From positions 15,488-79,487 of the forward strand of contig CAJGCA010000001.1 of the NCBI GenBank assembly GCA_904501705.1: a stretch of 64,000 nt of DNA, in the 5' to 3' direction. The translations under genes and the position numbers were made by a program. Below the pieces are notes generated by a model. It did not search any database and had not been told where the DNA came from. It was given only the letters and a program-made list of their open reading frames with translations. Below are positions 48,130-58,391 of the stretch, piece by piece. Numbering within the stretch: the stretch's first letter is position 1; every line of letters starts with the position of its first letter. The DNA is from Clostridiaceae bacterium. GTDB lineage: Bacteria; Bacillota; Clostridia; Oscillospirales; Acutalibacteraceae.

Positions 48130-49519
48130 TCCTCAATGTATAGGATGGCTTACCGTCGGTCAACCATACGAGAAAATGTTTGGTACTGTCGCTCGGGCAC
48201 ACGCGGCTGTCGCACGCCACGCCCGGCATCAGCACGATACCAGCCTCATCGCACAGCAGCAAGACCTTGTCACGATCATACTGCGGGATACGCAGTTCCT
48301 GAAAAAGCGCCTTGAGCGATTTCCCGACTTTGCGTCCTGCGGGATGGAATCGGTCTCCGTCCCGACGACAGCGCACGGTCAGACTGCCTTGTATTCTATC
48401 ACAGTCCAGCGCATATTTAAAGAATTTTATATGAACATTTTGCAAACAAGCCATTTCTTCACAAGTCATTCGCTGCAAAACATTCTCATGCCCATCAAAG
48501 AAAATGTGCATCGGTAATGAATCCACCGCAACACACAAAATCTCCGTCCGCTGTTGCTCGCAGAAGCACTTCAGTCTACCAGCAGACACGCAGACGCTGT
48601 AGCCGTCGGGCATATACACCGTGCCACGGTTGGCGATCAACGCCGCCTCCAGCGCCTCAATGTGCCGTTCGGTATAGGATTCGCAGCCGTTCTTCCGCAA
48701 TAAAAGCTTCCACATCCGCACACGCACAGGCGTATCTTGCCGCAAAAAGGCCTCGCGGGAATAGCTGCCGTCTTGCTCGACGGCTGCCTCATACGCGCAT
48801 TCGGCCAGTTTGGCAAAATACGCCTCATCCCGGGCGGCCGACTCGCGCAAGCGCGAAAGTGCCGCGTCAACCGACGGATTCATCTCACGCAGTAACGGAA
48901 GCAGCTGATGCCGCACACGATTGCGGGTATAAATTGGATCGGCGTTCGTGCTGTCAACGACGTACGCAACGCCGTTATCGGCGCAATACGCTTCTATCTC
49001 AGCTCGGGTGCAGTCGAGCAGCGGGCGCACAATGTGTCCGCGCTTGGCAGGAATCCCGCAAAGACCGCCGACGCCGCAACCGCGCAAAACGTGCATCAGC
49101 ACCGTCTCGGTCGCGTCATCGGCGTTATGAGCCGTAGCGATAACATCGGCGTTTTCCGCAACACGGATACGCTCAAAAATCTCATACCGGACACGGCGGC
49201 CTGCTTCTTCCTCACCGACGCCCATCTCATCCGCCAGCGCACGAACATTCACACGCTCGCAGACATAGTCGATGCCATTTTCGGCACAATAGGCGCGCAC
49301 GTGCGCCTCGTCGCGGTCAGCCTCCTCACCGCGTAGACCGTGATGAACGTGCACAGCTACGACGCGCAAATCACCATCGCGCCACGTATGCAACATATGC
49401 AGCAGCGCCATCGAGTCCGGGCCGCCGGAAACACCGGCGATCACCGTCGAACCGGCAGAAAATAAGCCGCTTTTCAGTGTAAAGGCGTAAACCTTTTCAG
49501 TTAGAGAGTGCGTGATCAT
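48122..49519 (-). CDS. tilS: tRNA(Ile)-lysidine synthetase TilS
   Basis: PP-loop motif [15 protein letters not shown] 49519 forms an ATGA overlap with the dnaB stop and is preferred over the track start. Confidence 0.88.
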   Translation of the reverse strand: MITHSLTEKVYAFTLKSGLFSAGSTVIAGVSGGPDSMALLHMLHTWRDGDLRVVAVHVHHGLRGEEADRDEAHVRAYCAENGIDYVCERVNVRALADEMGVGEEEAGRRVRYEIFERIRVAENADVIATAHNADDATETVLMHVLRGCGVGGLCGIPAKRGHIVRPLLDCTRAEIEAYCADNGVAYVVDSTNADPIYTRNRVRHQLLPLLREMNPSVDAALSRLRESAARDEAYFAKLAECAYEAAVEQDGSYSREAFLRQDTPVRVRMWKLLLRKNGCESYTERHIEALEAALIANRGTVYMPDGYSVCVSAGRLKCFCEQQRTEILCVAVDSLPMHIFFDGHENVLQRMTCEEMACLQNVHIKFFKYALDCDRIQGSLTVRCRRDGDRFHPAGRKVGKSLKALFQELRIPQYDRDKVLLLCDEAGIVLMPGVACDSRVCPSDSTKHFLVWLTDGKPSYTLRSE

Positions 49520-50886
49520 ACGCCCTCTCTCTGCGAGGACAGCGCTGTAAACTGCGTGAACTCGCCGCTCCACGCCAGCGGCACGGTGCGCAGATCGCCG
49601 TGGCGGTTCTTTGCCACGATAACCTCCGAAGTGTCGGGTGCGGGCGCGGTGTTGGGATCCTGGTTTTCGTTTTTATAATAGTCATTACGGTAGAGGAACA
49701 ACACCTGATCGGCATCCTGCTCGATCGAGCCGGATTCACGCAGATCCGCCAAGGCGGGACGATGGTTTTCGCCTTTTTTCTCCGTGCTGCGCGAAAGCTG
49801 GGCGCACACCATAATCGGCACGTTGAGCTCCTTCGCCATAATTTTCAGACTACGGGTAATTTCGCTGACCTCCTGCACACGGTTGTCAATGCGACGCGCC
49901 GAATGCATCAGCTGCAGATAGTCGATAACCACAAAACCAAGATTTTTAATGCGGCGCAAACGCGCCTTCATCTCGGGAACGGTGATGCTCGCGGTATCAT
50001 CCAAATACAGCGGCGCCTGACACAGCGCGCTGGACGCGGCCGAAATGCGGCCCCACTCATCCGCCGTAAGGTTACCCACACGCAGTTTTTTACTCGACAC
50101 ACGCGCCTCGGACGACAGCAGACGGTTGACCATCTGCTCACGGGACATTTCGAGGTTAAAGAACGCGACGGTCTTATTCTGCAGCATCGCCACGTTACGC
50201 GCGATGTTCAGCGCGAAACTGGTCTTACCCATACCGGGGCGCGCACCGACGATGATCAAATCCGAGCGGTTAAGGCCGCTGGTGACCTCATCAAGTGTGG
50301 AGATGCCCGTCGGGATGCCGACATACTGATCCCGCTCGTCCGAGGTCAGCTTGCGGAACATCTCATAGTTACTCGCGAGAACGTCCTTGATGTGCAAAAG
50401 ACCGCCCGTCTGACGATCCTGACGGATATTATAGATGCGCTGTTCCGCCGAGTCAAGCAGCATCTCCGTCTCCACCGACGGATCCATCGCCTCCTCGGTG
50501 ATCTCACGGGCAGCCTTGATCAGGCAGCGTGCCTCGTACTTATCCCGCACGATCTTGGCGTAGTTCTCCAGATTGGAGATAAACGGCACGGTATTCGCCA
50601 GCTTTAATAAGTACGCCTTGCCGTCCTCGGTAGAGAAATACCGCTCGGCCTTGAGCGCCTCCAACACCGTTACAAAGTCAATCTTCTGATTGACCAGCAT
50701 CTTCTCCAGCATCACGCGATAGATCGCCTGATGCTCGGGTAAGTAAAAGAACTCCGTACGAAGCTTGTCCGCCACGCGATTGATACAGTCGGGATCAACC
50801 AGCACCGCGCCGAGCACGGACTGCTCCGCTTCGAGGCTATAGGGTAAGCCTAACCCGTCATTGACTTGTTCTGTCCGGTCTGCCAT
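49516..50886 (-). CDS. dnaB: Replicative DNA helicase (DnaB family)
   Basis: N-terminus PYSLEAEQSVLGAVL and Walker A GARPGMGKTS. No intein is evident. Confidence 0.95.
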   Translation of the reverse strand: MADRTEQVNDGLGLPYSLEAEQSVLGAVLVDPDCINRVADKLRTEFFYLPEHQAIYRVMLEKMLVNQKIDFVTVLEALKAERYFSTEDGKAYLLKLANTVPFISNLENYAKIVRDKYEARCLIKAAREITEEAMDPSVETEMLLDSAEQRIYNIRQDRQTGGLLHIKDVLASNYEMFRKLTSDERDQYVGIPTGISTLDEVTSGLNRSDLIIVGARPGMGKTSFALNIARNVAMLQNKTVAFFNLEMSREQMVNRLLSSEARVSSKKLRVGNLTADEWGRISAASSALCQAPLYLDDTASITVPEMKARLRRIKNLGFVVIDYLQLMHSARRIDNRVQEVSEITRSLKIMAKELNVPIMVCAQLSRSTEKKGENHRPALADLRESGSIEQDADQVLFLYRNDYYKNENQDPNTAPAPDTSEVIVAKNRHGDLRTVPLAWSGEFTQFTALSSQREGV

Positions 50887-50920
50887 AACGACACACCTTC
50901 CCTTCCTATCGTACTTGCGT

Positions 50921-51361
50921 TTATTCTGCTACGACGATCTGAATCGCGGCGGTCACGCCGGTATAGAGCTTAACCTCGGCGGTGTAGGTGCCGAAAGCCT
51001 TAATATCATTCATCGTAATCTTGCGCTTGTCCACCTTGACGCCGACCTGCTTCTCCAGCGCATCCGCGACCTCCTTGGTGGTAACAGAGCCGAACAGACG
51101 TCCGCCGTTGCCCGCCTTGGCGTGGATGGTGAGCGCCTTATCCTTCAGCGTCTCCGCAGCAGCCAGCGCCGCGTCCTTCTCCACCTTCTTGTGGTAAGCA
51201 GCGGATTCCTCGCGGTTACGCAGCTCATTCATCGCCTGCGAATCCGCCTCGACCGCCAGTCCGCGGGGAAACAAAAAATTGCGCGCATAACCGTCGGAAA
51301 CGGTCACGAGCTCGCCTTTCTTCCCCTGCCCCTTGACATCCTGCTTGAGAATAACTTTCAT
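50921..51361 (-). CDS. rplI: 50S ribosomal protein L9
   Basis: [36 protein letters not shown]. Confidence 0.96.
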   Translation of the reverse strand: MKVILKQDVKGQGKKGELVTVSDGYARNFLFPRGLAVEADSQAMNELRNREESAAYHKKVEKDAALAAAETLKDKALTIHAKAGNGGRLFGSVTTKEVADALEKQVGVKVDKRKITMNDIKAFGTYTAEVKLYTGVTAAIQIVVAE

Positions 51362-51383
51362 TGTGTGTACCTCCTGTCACGCA

Positions 51384-53345
51384 TCACTCTGCGTGGTTGT
51401 TTCTAAAATACTCATCGATCGCCGCACACAGACGCTCACGCGCCTCGGCAACCGTCGTGTTCTTTAATTGCGTGCCCGCCATCGTCAGATGACCGCCGCC
51501 GCCGAGCGCTTCCATAATAAGCTGAACGTTGCATTCGCCATACGAGCGTGCGGAGATAATAATCTCATCACCCGCCACGCATAAGACAAACGACGCTTTA
51601 ATCCCTTGAATCGACAGCATTTCATCCGCCGCCTGCGCAGGAACCGCACGACAATCGGAATAATCCGCATCGGTGGTTACGATCGCCGTATGGTGATACT
51701 GCTCCGCCTGCGAGACGAGATCGCACTTTTTCTGATACATCTCGAGTCCGCCCGAAAACATCCGCTTAACCGCCACGGTATCCGCACCAAGACGGCGAAG
51801 ATGCGCGGCCGCCTCGAAGGTGCGCACACCGGTGTGCAGCACAAAATTCCGGGTATCCAACATAATACCGGACAGCAACGCGTCCGCTTCCATACGGCCG
51901 ATCAACGCTTCACCCATATACTGCAGCAGCTCCGTCACCAGCTCACACGCCGACGACGAAGACGGCTCGTGATAACTGAGTGCGGTGTCCTGTATGTGGT
52001 TGACCAGCTTGCGATGATGGTCAATGATAGCGACACGGGAAGCCGTCTCGTATATCTCAGGGCAATCCAGCATATTCGCTGCGTGGGTGTCCGTGATAAT
52101 AAGCAACGTGCGCGGAGTAATATTTTCGATAATCTCGTCCGGCTCAGCGAACAGATCCGCCTTCCCAGCCTCGACATAACGTTCGATCAGATCGCCCGCC
52201 ATCGTCGCGCGACGGCGTACCACGGTCACGGCATCCTTGCCCATATGGCGCGCCGCCACCGTCATCGCGATCGCACTGCCGAGGCAGTCAAGATCCGACT
52301 GACGATGACCCATCACCAGAACGCGGTCACTGGAGCGAATCAGATCGCCCAGCGCATTCGCAATGACGCGGGTACGCACCTTCGTGCGACGCTCAACGCC
52401 CTTGGAGCGTCCGCCGTAGAAATCAAAGCCGTTGATCGTTTTGATTGCGGTCTGATCGCCGCCGCGAGCCAAGGCCATCTCCAGCGCCTGCCGCGCCATA
52501 CTCTCGCACTCCTGCATCGTCTTTCCCTGTCCGACACCAATCGACACGGTGATGGACATTCCATCGGTGACAAAAGCACTGCGTACACGGTCAAGAATGG
52601 AGAAACGGTCCTTCGTCATCGCATTAAGGTGGCGGTTTTCCACCACTGCCATAAAGCGATCGCCCGCAAACTTTCGCAAAATACCGCCGGATTGCACGAT
52701 CCACTCGTCCAGCATGGTCTCGATCTGCCCCGCAATGCGGGCGCGGGCACTCTCGCGCATATCCGCGGTCGCCTCGTCGAGGTTATCGATGCACAGCATC
52801 AGCACCACAGGACGGCTGGCAGTGTATTCCGCCGCCGTATCCTTGAGCTCGGTATTGTCGGAGAAATACAGCACAAACACCGTCTCATCATCAGCGACGC
52901 AATTAATATAAGCCGTCAGCTTGCTGTCGCCGCAAACCACGTCAACCGCAGTCTTCTTGCGCAGATCCTTCGGGGAGATTCCGGAGAAAACATCCGTCAG
53001 CATCAAACCGGTCGCGTCATCTCCATGAACGACGCCTTTTCGAAAACGGTTATTCGCAAACAGGATCTCGCCCGCTGCCGTTACCGCGATCGCCGGCATC
53101 GGGAACGCGGCAAGTAGTTCCTGACGATGCGGGTCAAGAGATGCTTCCCACAGCTCATGCAGCCCTTGCAGCACCCGCCGATAACGCAACGCAATAAACA
53201 CCGTCGCTGCAAGTAGCAACAAACAAAGCACCGCAGCACCGATGCCGAGCGTGGGGGCGTAGAAAAAGAGCGCACCCGCCGCAGCCGCCAGCACGATAAA
53301 CAGTGAGACAGCCACAACGCAGAGATAGCGGACACTCTTTTTCAT
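51384..53345 (-). CDS. gdpP: Membrane-anchored DHH/DHHA1 phosphodiesterase GdpP (c-di-AMP phosphodiesterase type)
   Basis: Two N-terminal TM helices, a PAS-like region and a degenerate GGDEF-like region. DHH motifs VMGHRQSDLDCLGSA and VAIIDHHRK, DHHA1 motif GGGGH. Conserved position upstream of rplI-dnaB. Confidence 0.85.
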   Translation of the reverse strand: MKKSVRYLCVVAVSLFIVLAAAAGALFFYAPTLGIGAAVLCLLLLAATVFIALRYRRVLQGLHELWEASLDPHRQELLAAFPMPAIAVTAAGEILFANNRFRKGVVHGDDATGLMLTDVFSGISPKDLRKKTAVDVVCGDSKLTAYINCVADDETVFVLYFSDNTELKDTAAEYTASRPVVLMLCIDNLDEATADMRESARARIAGQIETMLDEWIVQSGGILRKFAGDRFMAVVENRHLNAMTKDRFSILDRVRSAFVTDGMSITVSIGVGQGKTMQECESMARQALEMALARGGDQTAIKTINGFDFYGGRSKGVERRTKVRTRVIANALGDLIRSSDRVLVMGHRQSDLDCLGSAIAMTVAARHMGKDAVTVVRRRATMAGDLIERYVEAGKADLFAEPDEIIENITPRTLLIITDTHAANMLDCPEIYETASRVAIIDHHRKLVNHIQDTALSYHEPSSSSACELVTELLQYMGEALIGRMEADALLSGIMLDTRNFVLHTGVRTFEAAAHLRRLGADTVAVKRMFSGGLEMYQKKCDLVSQAEQYHHTAIVTTDADYSDCRAVPAQAADEMLSIQGIKASFVLCVAGDEIIISARSYGECNVQLIMEALGGGGHLTMAGTQLKNTTVAEARERLCAAIDEYFRNNHAE

Positions 53346-53372
53346 ACGCGTTCACTCCTTGTTCGGGTAGAA

Positions 53373-55244
53373 TTACACATCCATAATGATCGGCAAGATC
53401 ATCGGGCTGCGCTTGGTCTTCTGGAACAGCATACGGGACAGATCATCCCGCACGCGGGTCTTCATCGTCGCCCAATCACAGCGCGGATTGCGGCAGCAAT
53501 CCTCTAATGCGCGATATGCGACGGTCTTGATCTCGTCGATTAGACTCTCTGCTTCGCGTACATACACAAAGCCGCGGGACACCACATCGGGACCCGACAC
53601 CAGATCGCCCGTCACGCCGTCCACCGACGCGACCACGACGATGATGCCGTCCTCCGCGAGATGCTTACGGTCGCGCAGAACGATGCTGCCAACGTCGCCG
53701 ACGCCGAGTCCGTCCACCAGCACACGGCCCGCCTGCACCGTGCCGACGACCGCCATCTTATCTGCGGTCAGCTCGATGGTGTGGCCGATGCTCGTAATGA
53801 GCACGTTCTGGCTCGGCATCCCCATCATCTTCGCCAACCCTGCGTGCTTGTACAGATGCTTCTGCTCGCCGTGGACGGGGATGAAGAACTCGGGCTTGGT
53901 CAAGCCGTGGATGATCTTGAGTTCCTCTTGGCAAGCGTGACCCGAGACGTGTACGTCATACATCTTCTCATAAACAACCTCGCAGCCGCGCTTCATCAGC
54001 TCGTTGATGACCTTACCAACGGTCTTTTCGTTGCCGGGGATGGGGGTCGCGGAGATGATGATATAATCATCGGGACCGACCTCCACCTTGCGGTGATCGG
54101 AGAACGCCATACGGCTAAGCGCCGACATCGGCTCGCCCTGACTACCGGTGGTGATGAGGGTCACGCGATCCTTCGGGTAGTGGTTGATCTCATCAATATC
54201 AATGAGCAGGCCATCGGGAATATGCAGATAACCCAGCTCCTGCGCGATGGACACGAAGTTGATCATACTGCGCCCCGACACCGCGACCTTACGGCCGTCC
54301 TGTGCGGAGGCGGTCATAATCTGTTGGATACGCGGCAAATTCGAGGAGAAGGTCGCGACGATGATGCGCTTATTCTGCGCCTTACGGAAGAGGTTGGCGA
54401 AGCTCTCGCCCACCACCCGCTCGCTCGGCGTATAGCCGGGACGCTCCGCGTTGGTGGAGTCCGCCATCAGCGCGAGGACACCCTCGTTGCCGAGCTGACC
54501 GAAGCGTGCGAGATCGATCATCGGCCCCATCACGGGGGTGGTGTCGATCTTAAAGTCGCCGGTGTGCACGACGTAGCCGAGCGGAGTCTTGATCGCCAGA
54601 GCCATCGCATCGGGGATGGAATGGTTGACGGCAACGAACTCGACCGAAATATCCTTGCTGACGGTAACCACACCGCCAGCCTTAACCACGTTAAGATTCA
54701 CCTTTCCCGAGAGCCCGTGCTCCTTGAGTTTGGAATCGATGAGCGCGACGGTCAGCTCGGCGGCAAACACGGGGATATTCATCTCCTTGAGGAAATACGG
54801 CAGTGCGCCGATATGATCCTCGTGCCCATGGGTGATAAAGATGCCGCGGATCTTGTCCTTGATCTTCACCGCATAGGAAAAATCAGGCAACACTACGTCG
54901 ACGCCGAGCAGATCCTCATCCGGAAAGGACATACCACAGTCGATGATGAACGCATCGTCGCCGTATTCAAACACCGCCATATTCTTGCCGATCTCGTCGA
55001 GACCGCCAAGCACAGTGTAGTGGATCGGCACGGCGGGCTTCTGTGGCCGTTGTGTCCGCTGATAGCCGCGCGGCTTCTTATTGTACTTTTTGGTGTTATC
55101 CGCCTTCTTCTGCGCAGGGCGGTCGGTGGTTTTGGCGTTTGTGTTGTTCGCGCGCGACTTCTGCTGGCCGCCGGCATTCTTTTGCGCGTTGTTCTTCTGC
55201 GCGTTTCGCATAGTGTTTTGTTTTTTCTTGTTCTGTTCAGGCAT
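53373..55244 (-). CDS. rnj: Ribonuclease J with a 72-aa basic low-complexity N-terminal extension
   Basis: Beta-lactamase/beta-CASP core with ITHGHEDHIGALP. The core starts near IHYTVLGGLDEIGKNM. Residues 1-72 are rich in K, N and Q. RBS AAAAGGAGG. Confidence 0.93.
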   Translation of the reverse strand: MPEQNKKKQNTMRNAQKNNAQKNAGGQQKSRANNTNAKTTDRPAQKKADNTKKYNKKPRGYQRTQRPQKPAVPIHYTVLGGLDEIGKNMAVFEYGDDAFIIDCGMSFPDEDLLGVDVVLPDFSYAVKIKDKIRGIFITHGHEDHIGALPYFLKEMNIPVFAAELTVALIDSKLKEHGLSGKVNLNVVKAGGVVTVSKDISVEFVAVNHSIPDAMALAIKTPLGYVVHTGDFKIDTTPVMGPMIDLARFGQLGNEGVLALMADSTNAERPGYTPSERVVGESFANLFRKAQNKRIIVATFSSNLPRIQQIMTASAQDGRKVAVSGRSMINFVSIAQELGYLHIPDGLLIDIDEINHYPKDRVTLITTGSQGEPMSALSRMAFSDHRKVEVGPDDYIIISATPIPGNEKTVGKVINELMKRGCEVVYEKMYDVHVSGHACQEELKIIHGLTKPEFFIPVHGEQKHLYKHAGLAKMMGMPSQNVLITSIGHTIELTADKMAVVGTVQAGRVLVDGLGVGDVGSIVLRDRKHLAEDGIIVVVASVDGVTGDLVSGPDVVSRGFVYVREAESLIDEIKTVAYRALEDCCRNPRCDWATMKTRVRDDLSRMLFQKTKRSPMILPIIMDV

Positions 55245-55587
55245 AGTTTTCCTCCTTTTCTGACAGTATAGCGATGGAAAAGACTACATCGAAATTAGCC
55301 CCACGTTCGGTGAGGCTGATGCCGATGTGTCTTGCTGAATCTTTAATGAGAGGTGCCGTGGCAGGCTCCGCACCTGCCGTTTTCCGCAATACATAAAGGG
55401 GTTGCAGACATCCGATCACAATACATTTAATATATATTACTCTATAATTCTTTTATTGTCAAGAACCTACACCTCCAGAAAAGCGCCCCTTGCAAGGTAA
55501 GTATAGGCAGTTTTTCGCGGTTTACCTATTGCGTGACAGGATTTTTCGTGATAAAATATCTTATGATGTTGATTTGGGAGGTGCGGT

Positions 55588-56022
55588 ATGAAGCAGGTAG
55601 AGATCTTCACCGACGGCGCGTGCTCCGGCAACCCCGGCAAAGGTGGCTGGGGCGCCGTGCTGCGCTATCAGTCCGTGGAAAAAGAACTGTGCGGCGGCGC
55701 GATGGAAACCACCAACAATCGCATGGAGCTCACGGCTGTCATCGAGGCACTGGGCGCACTCAAGGAGCCCTGCGAGGTCGCGCTCACGACCGACTCAAAG
55801 TACGTTGTTGACGCGATCGAAAAAGGCTGGGTGTACGCCTGGCAACGCAACGGCTGGCGCAAAGCAGACAAGAAGCCTGCGCTTAACGTCGATCTATGGG
55901 AACAGCTTCTCCCTTTACTGAAAAAACACACCGTAACCTTTGTTTGGGTCAAGGGACACGCGGGACACCCCGAAAATGAGCGCTGCGACAAGCTCGCCGT
56001 CGAATATTACGGTAATCTGTAA
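55588..56022 (+). CDS. rnhA: Ribonuclease HI
   Basis: [38 protein letters not shown], and a C-terminal [14 protein letters not shown]. Confidence 0.93.
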   Translation: MKQVEIFTDGACSGNPGKGGWGAVLRYQSVEKELCGGAMETTNNRMELTAVIEALGALKEPCEVALTTDSKYVVDAIEKGWVYAWQRNGWRKADKKPALNVDLWEQLLPLLKKHTVTFVWVKGHAGHPENERCDKLAVEYYGNL

Positions 56023-56061
56023 TAATGCATTGACAACCGCGTGACAGCGTGTATAATATAA

Positions 56062-56270
56062 CTATCTTCAAGGCGGGGTGAAAGTCCCCACCGGCGGTAA
56101 TGCTGCCTCAGTCAGACGAGCCCGCGAGCCACTAGGGTTACTCGTGTCACCCTACAGCAGATTTCGGTGTGATCCCGAAGCCGACGGTACAGTCCGGATG
56201 AAAGAAGACAGAAAACCCCTGATTTCTGTGCGCCTTGTGAGCCGTATTTTACGGCACACAAGGCGTTTTT
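56062..56270 (+). promoter_or_regulatory. FMN riboswitch (RFN element) with intrinsic terminator, controlling ribU
   Basis: TCTTCAAGGCGGGGTGAAAGTCCCCACCGGCGGTAA...AGCCCGCGAGC...GATCCCGAAGCCGACGGTACAGTCCGGATGAAAGAAGA matches the RFN core, with P1 TCTTC/GAAGA. Terminator GCGCCTTGTGAGCCGT...ACGGCACACAAGGCGTTTTT (56230-56270). Promoter TTGACA (56030-56035), 16-nt spacer, TATAAT (56052-56057). Confidence 0.92.
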
Positions 56271-56290
56271 ATTGAAAGGAAGAAAGATTT

Positions 56291-56944
56291 ATGCAAAACA
56301 CCTCTTGGCGGCTACGCCGACTGTGCGTGATGGCACTGCTTTGCGCAATGGCGTTCGCAGCGGTCGCTCTCATCCGCATCCCCGTCGTCGCATTTCTCAA
56401 ATACGAACCGAAGGATGTCCTGCTGGTCATCGGCGGCTTTCTGTTCGGACCGCTCGCCGGCGGCTTGATGGCGGCGGTCGTCGCACTCATCGAGCTGGTC
56501 ACCGTCAGCGACACCGGGTTGATCGGCTGTATGATGAACGTTCTCTCCTCCTGCCTGTTCGTCTGCAGCGCTGCGGCGATCTACCGTCGCCGTAAAAACC
56601 TCTCCGGCGCCGTCATCGGTCTTATTATCGGCGCACTCGCCGCCACCGCAGGGATGCTACTGTGGAACTACCTTGTCACCCCGCTGTATATGGAGTTACC
56701 GCGGCAGGCGGTCGCCGAAATGCTGCTGCCCGTGTTTCTCACCTTCAATCTCTTCAAGACCGCGCTCAACAGCGTGCTGGCTCTGCTATTGTACAAGCCC
56801 GCTACCAAAGCATTGCGTGCCTCCCGTCTGCTCCCGCCAGCCGAAATATCCGCCGCAAAGCCGCGACGCAGTGTGTGGATCATCGCGTTGTTCAGTCTGC
56901 TGACAATGGTGGTTATTTTGCTCGTCTGGAGAGGCATAATTTAG
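56291..56944 (+). CDS. ribU: ECF-transporter S component, riboflavin transporter RibU type
   Basis: 217 aa, about 6 TM segments, directly downstream of the FMN riboswitch. RBS GAAAGGAAG. Confidence 0.85.
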   Translation: MQNTSWRLRRLCVMALLCAMAFAAVALIRIPVVAFLKYEPKDVLLVIGGFLFGPLAGGLMAAVVALIELVTVSDTGLIGCMMNVLSSCLFVCSAAAIYRRRKNLSGAVIGLIIGALAATAGMLLWNYLVTPLYMELPRQAVAEMLLPVFLTFNLFKTALNSVLALLLYKPATKALRASRLLPPAEISAAKPRRSVWIIALFSLLTMVVILLVWRGII

Positions 56945-56993
56945 TTATTGACAAAAATCGACTGCTGTGTTATAGTATCACTCGACAATTCCA

Positions 56994-57138
56994 TACCCTT
57001 ATCAAGAGTGACGGAGGGATCAGGCCCGATGATGTCCGACAACCTGTGGCGCTGCCATAAGGTGTTAAATCCTGCGGTAACAACCGAAAGATGAGGAATT
57101 TTCCGACGCTCGGCTGTTGCCGGGCGCTTTTTTATGCA
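56994..57138 (+). promoter_or_regulatory. SAM-I riboswitch (S-box) with intrinsic terminator, controlling metK
   Basis: CCCTTATCAAGAGTGACGGAGGGATCAGGCCCGATGATGTCCGACAACC...GGTGTTAAATCCTGCGG...GAAAGATGAGG matches the S-box core. A terminator hairpin plus TTTTTT lies at 57106-57138. Promoter TTGACA (56948-56953), 17-nt spacer, TGtTATAGT. Confidence 0.92.
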
Positions 57139-57159
57139 TTTTCAAGGAGGTTTATTGCT

Positions 57160-58341
57160 ATGAACAAGCATCTGTTTACATCCGAATCGGTCACCGAAGG
57201 GCACCCCGACAAGGTGTGCGATCAGATTTCCGACGCAGTACTCGACGCGATCATCGCACAGGATCCGCAGGCGCACGTGGCCTGCGAGACCTTCTGCACC
57301 ACCGGCGTTGTCACTGTGATGGGTGAGATCACCACCACCGCTAAGGTGGACATCCCCGCTATCGCACGCCGTGTCGTGCTCGACATCGGCTATGACGGCA
57401 AGGACGGCAACTTTGACGGCGCCATCTGCGCCGTGATGACCGCCATCGACGAGCAGTCTCCCGACATCGCAATGGGCGTCAACGACGCTGTCGAGAGCCG
57501 CGCAAACAGTGCCGACGCTTACGACCGCATTGGCGCAGGAGATCAGGGCCTGATGTTCGGCTATGCCTGTGACGAGACCCCCGAGCGGATGCCGCTCGCC
57601 ATCTCCCTGTCCCACGCGCTGTGCAAACAGCTCGCCAAGGTGCGCAAGGACGGCACGCTCCCCTATCTCCAGCCAGACGGCAAGGCGCAGGTGACCGTGG
57701 AATATGAGAATGACGTGCCCAGCCGTATTGAAACCGTTGTCGTATCCACGCAGCACACCTCCGACGTATCGCTCGACACCATCCGTGCCGATATTATGCA
57801 GTACGTGATCCGCCCCATCATTCCCGCAGAACTGTTTGACGAGAGCACCAAGGTCTACATCAACCCCACCGGCCGTTTCGTGGTCGGCGGTCCGCAGGGC
57901 GACACGGGTCTAACCGGGCGCAAGATCATCGTCGACACCTACGGCGGCTACGCCCGTCATGGCGGCGGCGCATTCTCGGGCAAAGACCCGACGAAGGTCG
58001 ATCGCTCCGCTTGCTATATGGCGCGCTACGCGGCGAAGAACATCGTTGCCGCAGGGCTGGCAAAGCGCTGCGAGATCCAGCTCGCCTACGCTATCGGAGT
58101 TGCCACGCCCGTGTCCATCTTCGTTGACACGTTCGGCACCGGCACCGTCGCGGACGAAAAGATCGCTGACGCGGTGTGTAAGGTGTTCGATTTCCGCCCC
58201 GCGGCGATCATCGACACGTTGCAGCTTCGCCGCCCGATCTACCGTCCGCTCGCGGCGTATGGTCACATCGGCCGCGAGGATCTCGACGTCGTGTGGGAAC
58301 GCACCGACAAAATCGACGCACTGCGCGCGGCACTTTCTTAA
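57160..58341 (+). CDS. metK: S-adenosylmethionine synthetase
   Basis: Start moved to ATG 57160 (RBS AAGGAGG). Motifs [29 protein letters not shown] and [16 protein letters not shown]. The upstream part of the track ORF covers the riboswitch terminator. Confidence 0.97.
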   Translation: MNKHLFTSESVTEGHPDKVCDQISDAVLDAIIAQDPQAHVACETFCTTGVVTVMGEITTTAKVDIPAIARRVVLDIGYDGKDGNFDGAICAVMTAIDEQSPDIAMGVNDAVESRANSADAYDRIGAGDQGLMFGYACDETPERMPLAISLSHALCKQLAKVRKDGTLPYLQPDGKAQVTVEYENDVPSRIETVVVSTQHTSDVSLDTIRADIMQYVIRPIIPAELFDESTKVYINPTGRFVVGGPQGDTGLTGRKIIVDTYGGYARHGGGAFSGKDPTKVDRSACYMARYAAKNIVAAGLAKRCEIQLAYAIGVATPVSIFVDTFGTGTVADEKIADAVCKVFDFRPAAIIDTLQLRRPIYRPLAAYGHIGREDLDVVWERTDKIDALRAALS

Positions 58342-58350
58342 AATCAACGC

Positions 58351-58391
58351 AAAAAGCAAGCCCTTGCCGACCGGCAAGGGCTTGCTTTTTA
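58351..58391. terminator. Bidirectional intrinsic terminator between metK and pflA
   Basis: AAAAA-GCAAGCCCTTGCC-GAC-CGGCAAGGGCTTGC-TTTTT. Confidence 0.88.

Noticed and set aside
55488-55497. Perfect 10-bp palindrome CCTTGCAAGG between rnj and rnhA.
   Set aside because: It is short, isolated and not positioned over either promoter's core elements. It is not distinguishable from chance in a 340-nt intergenic region.
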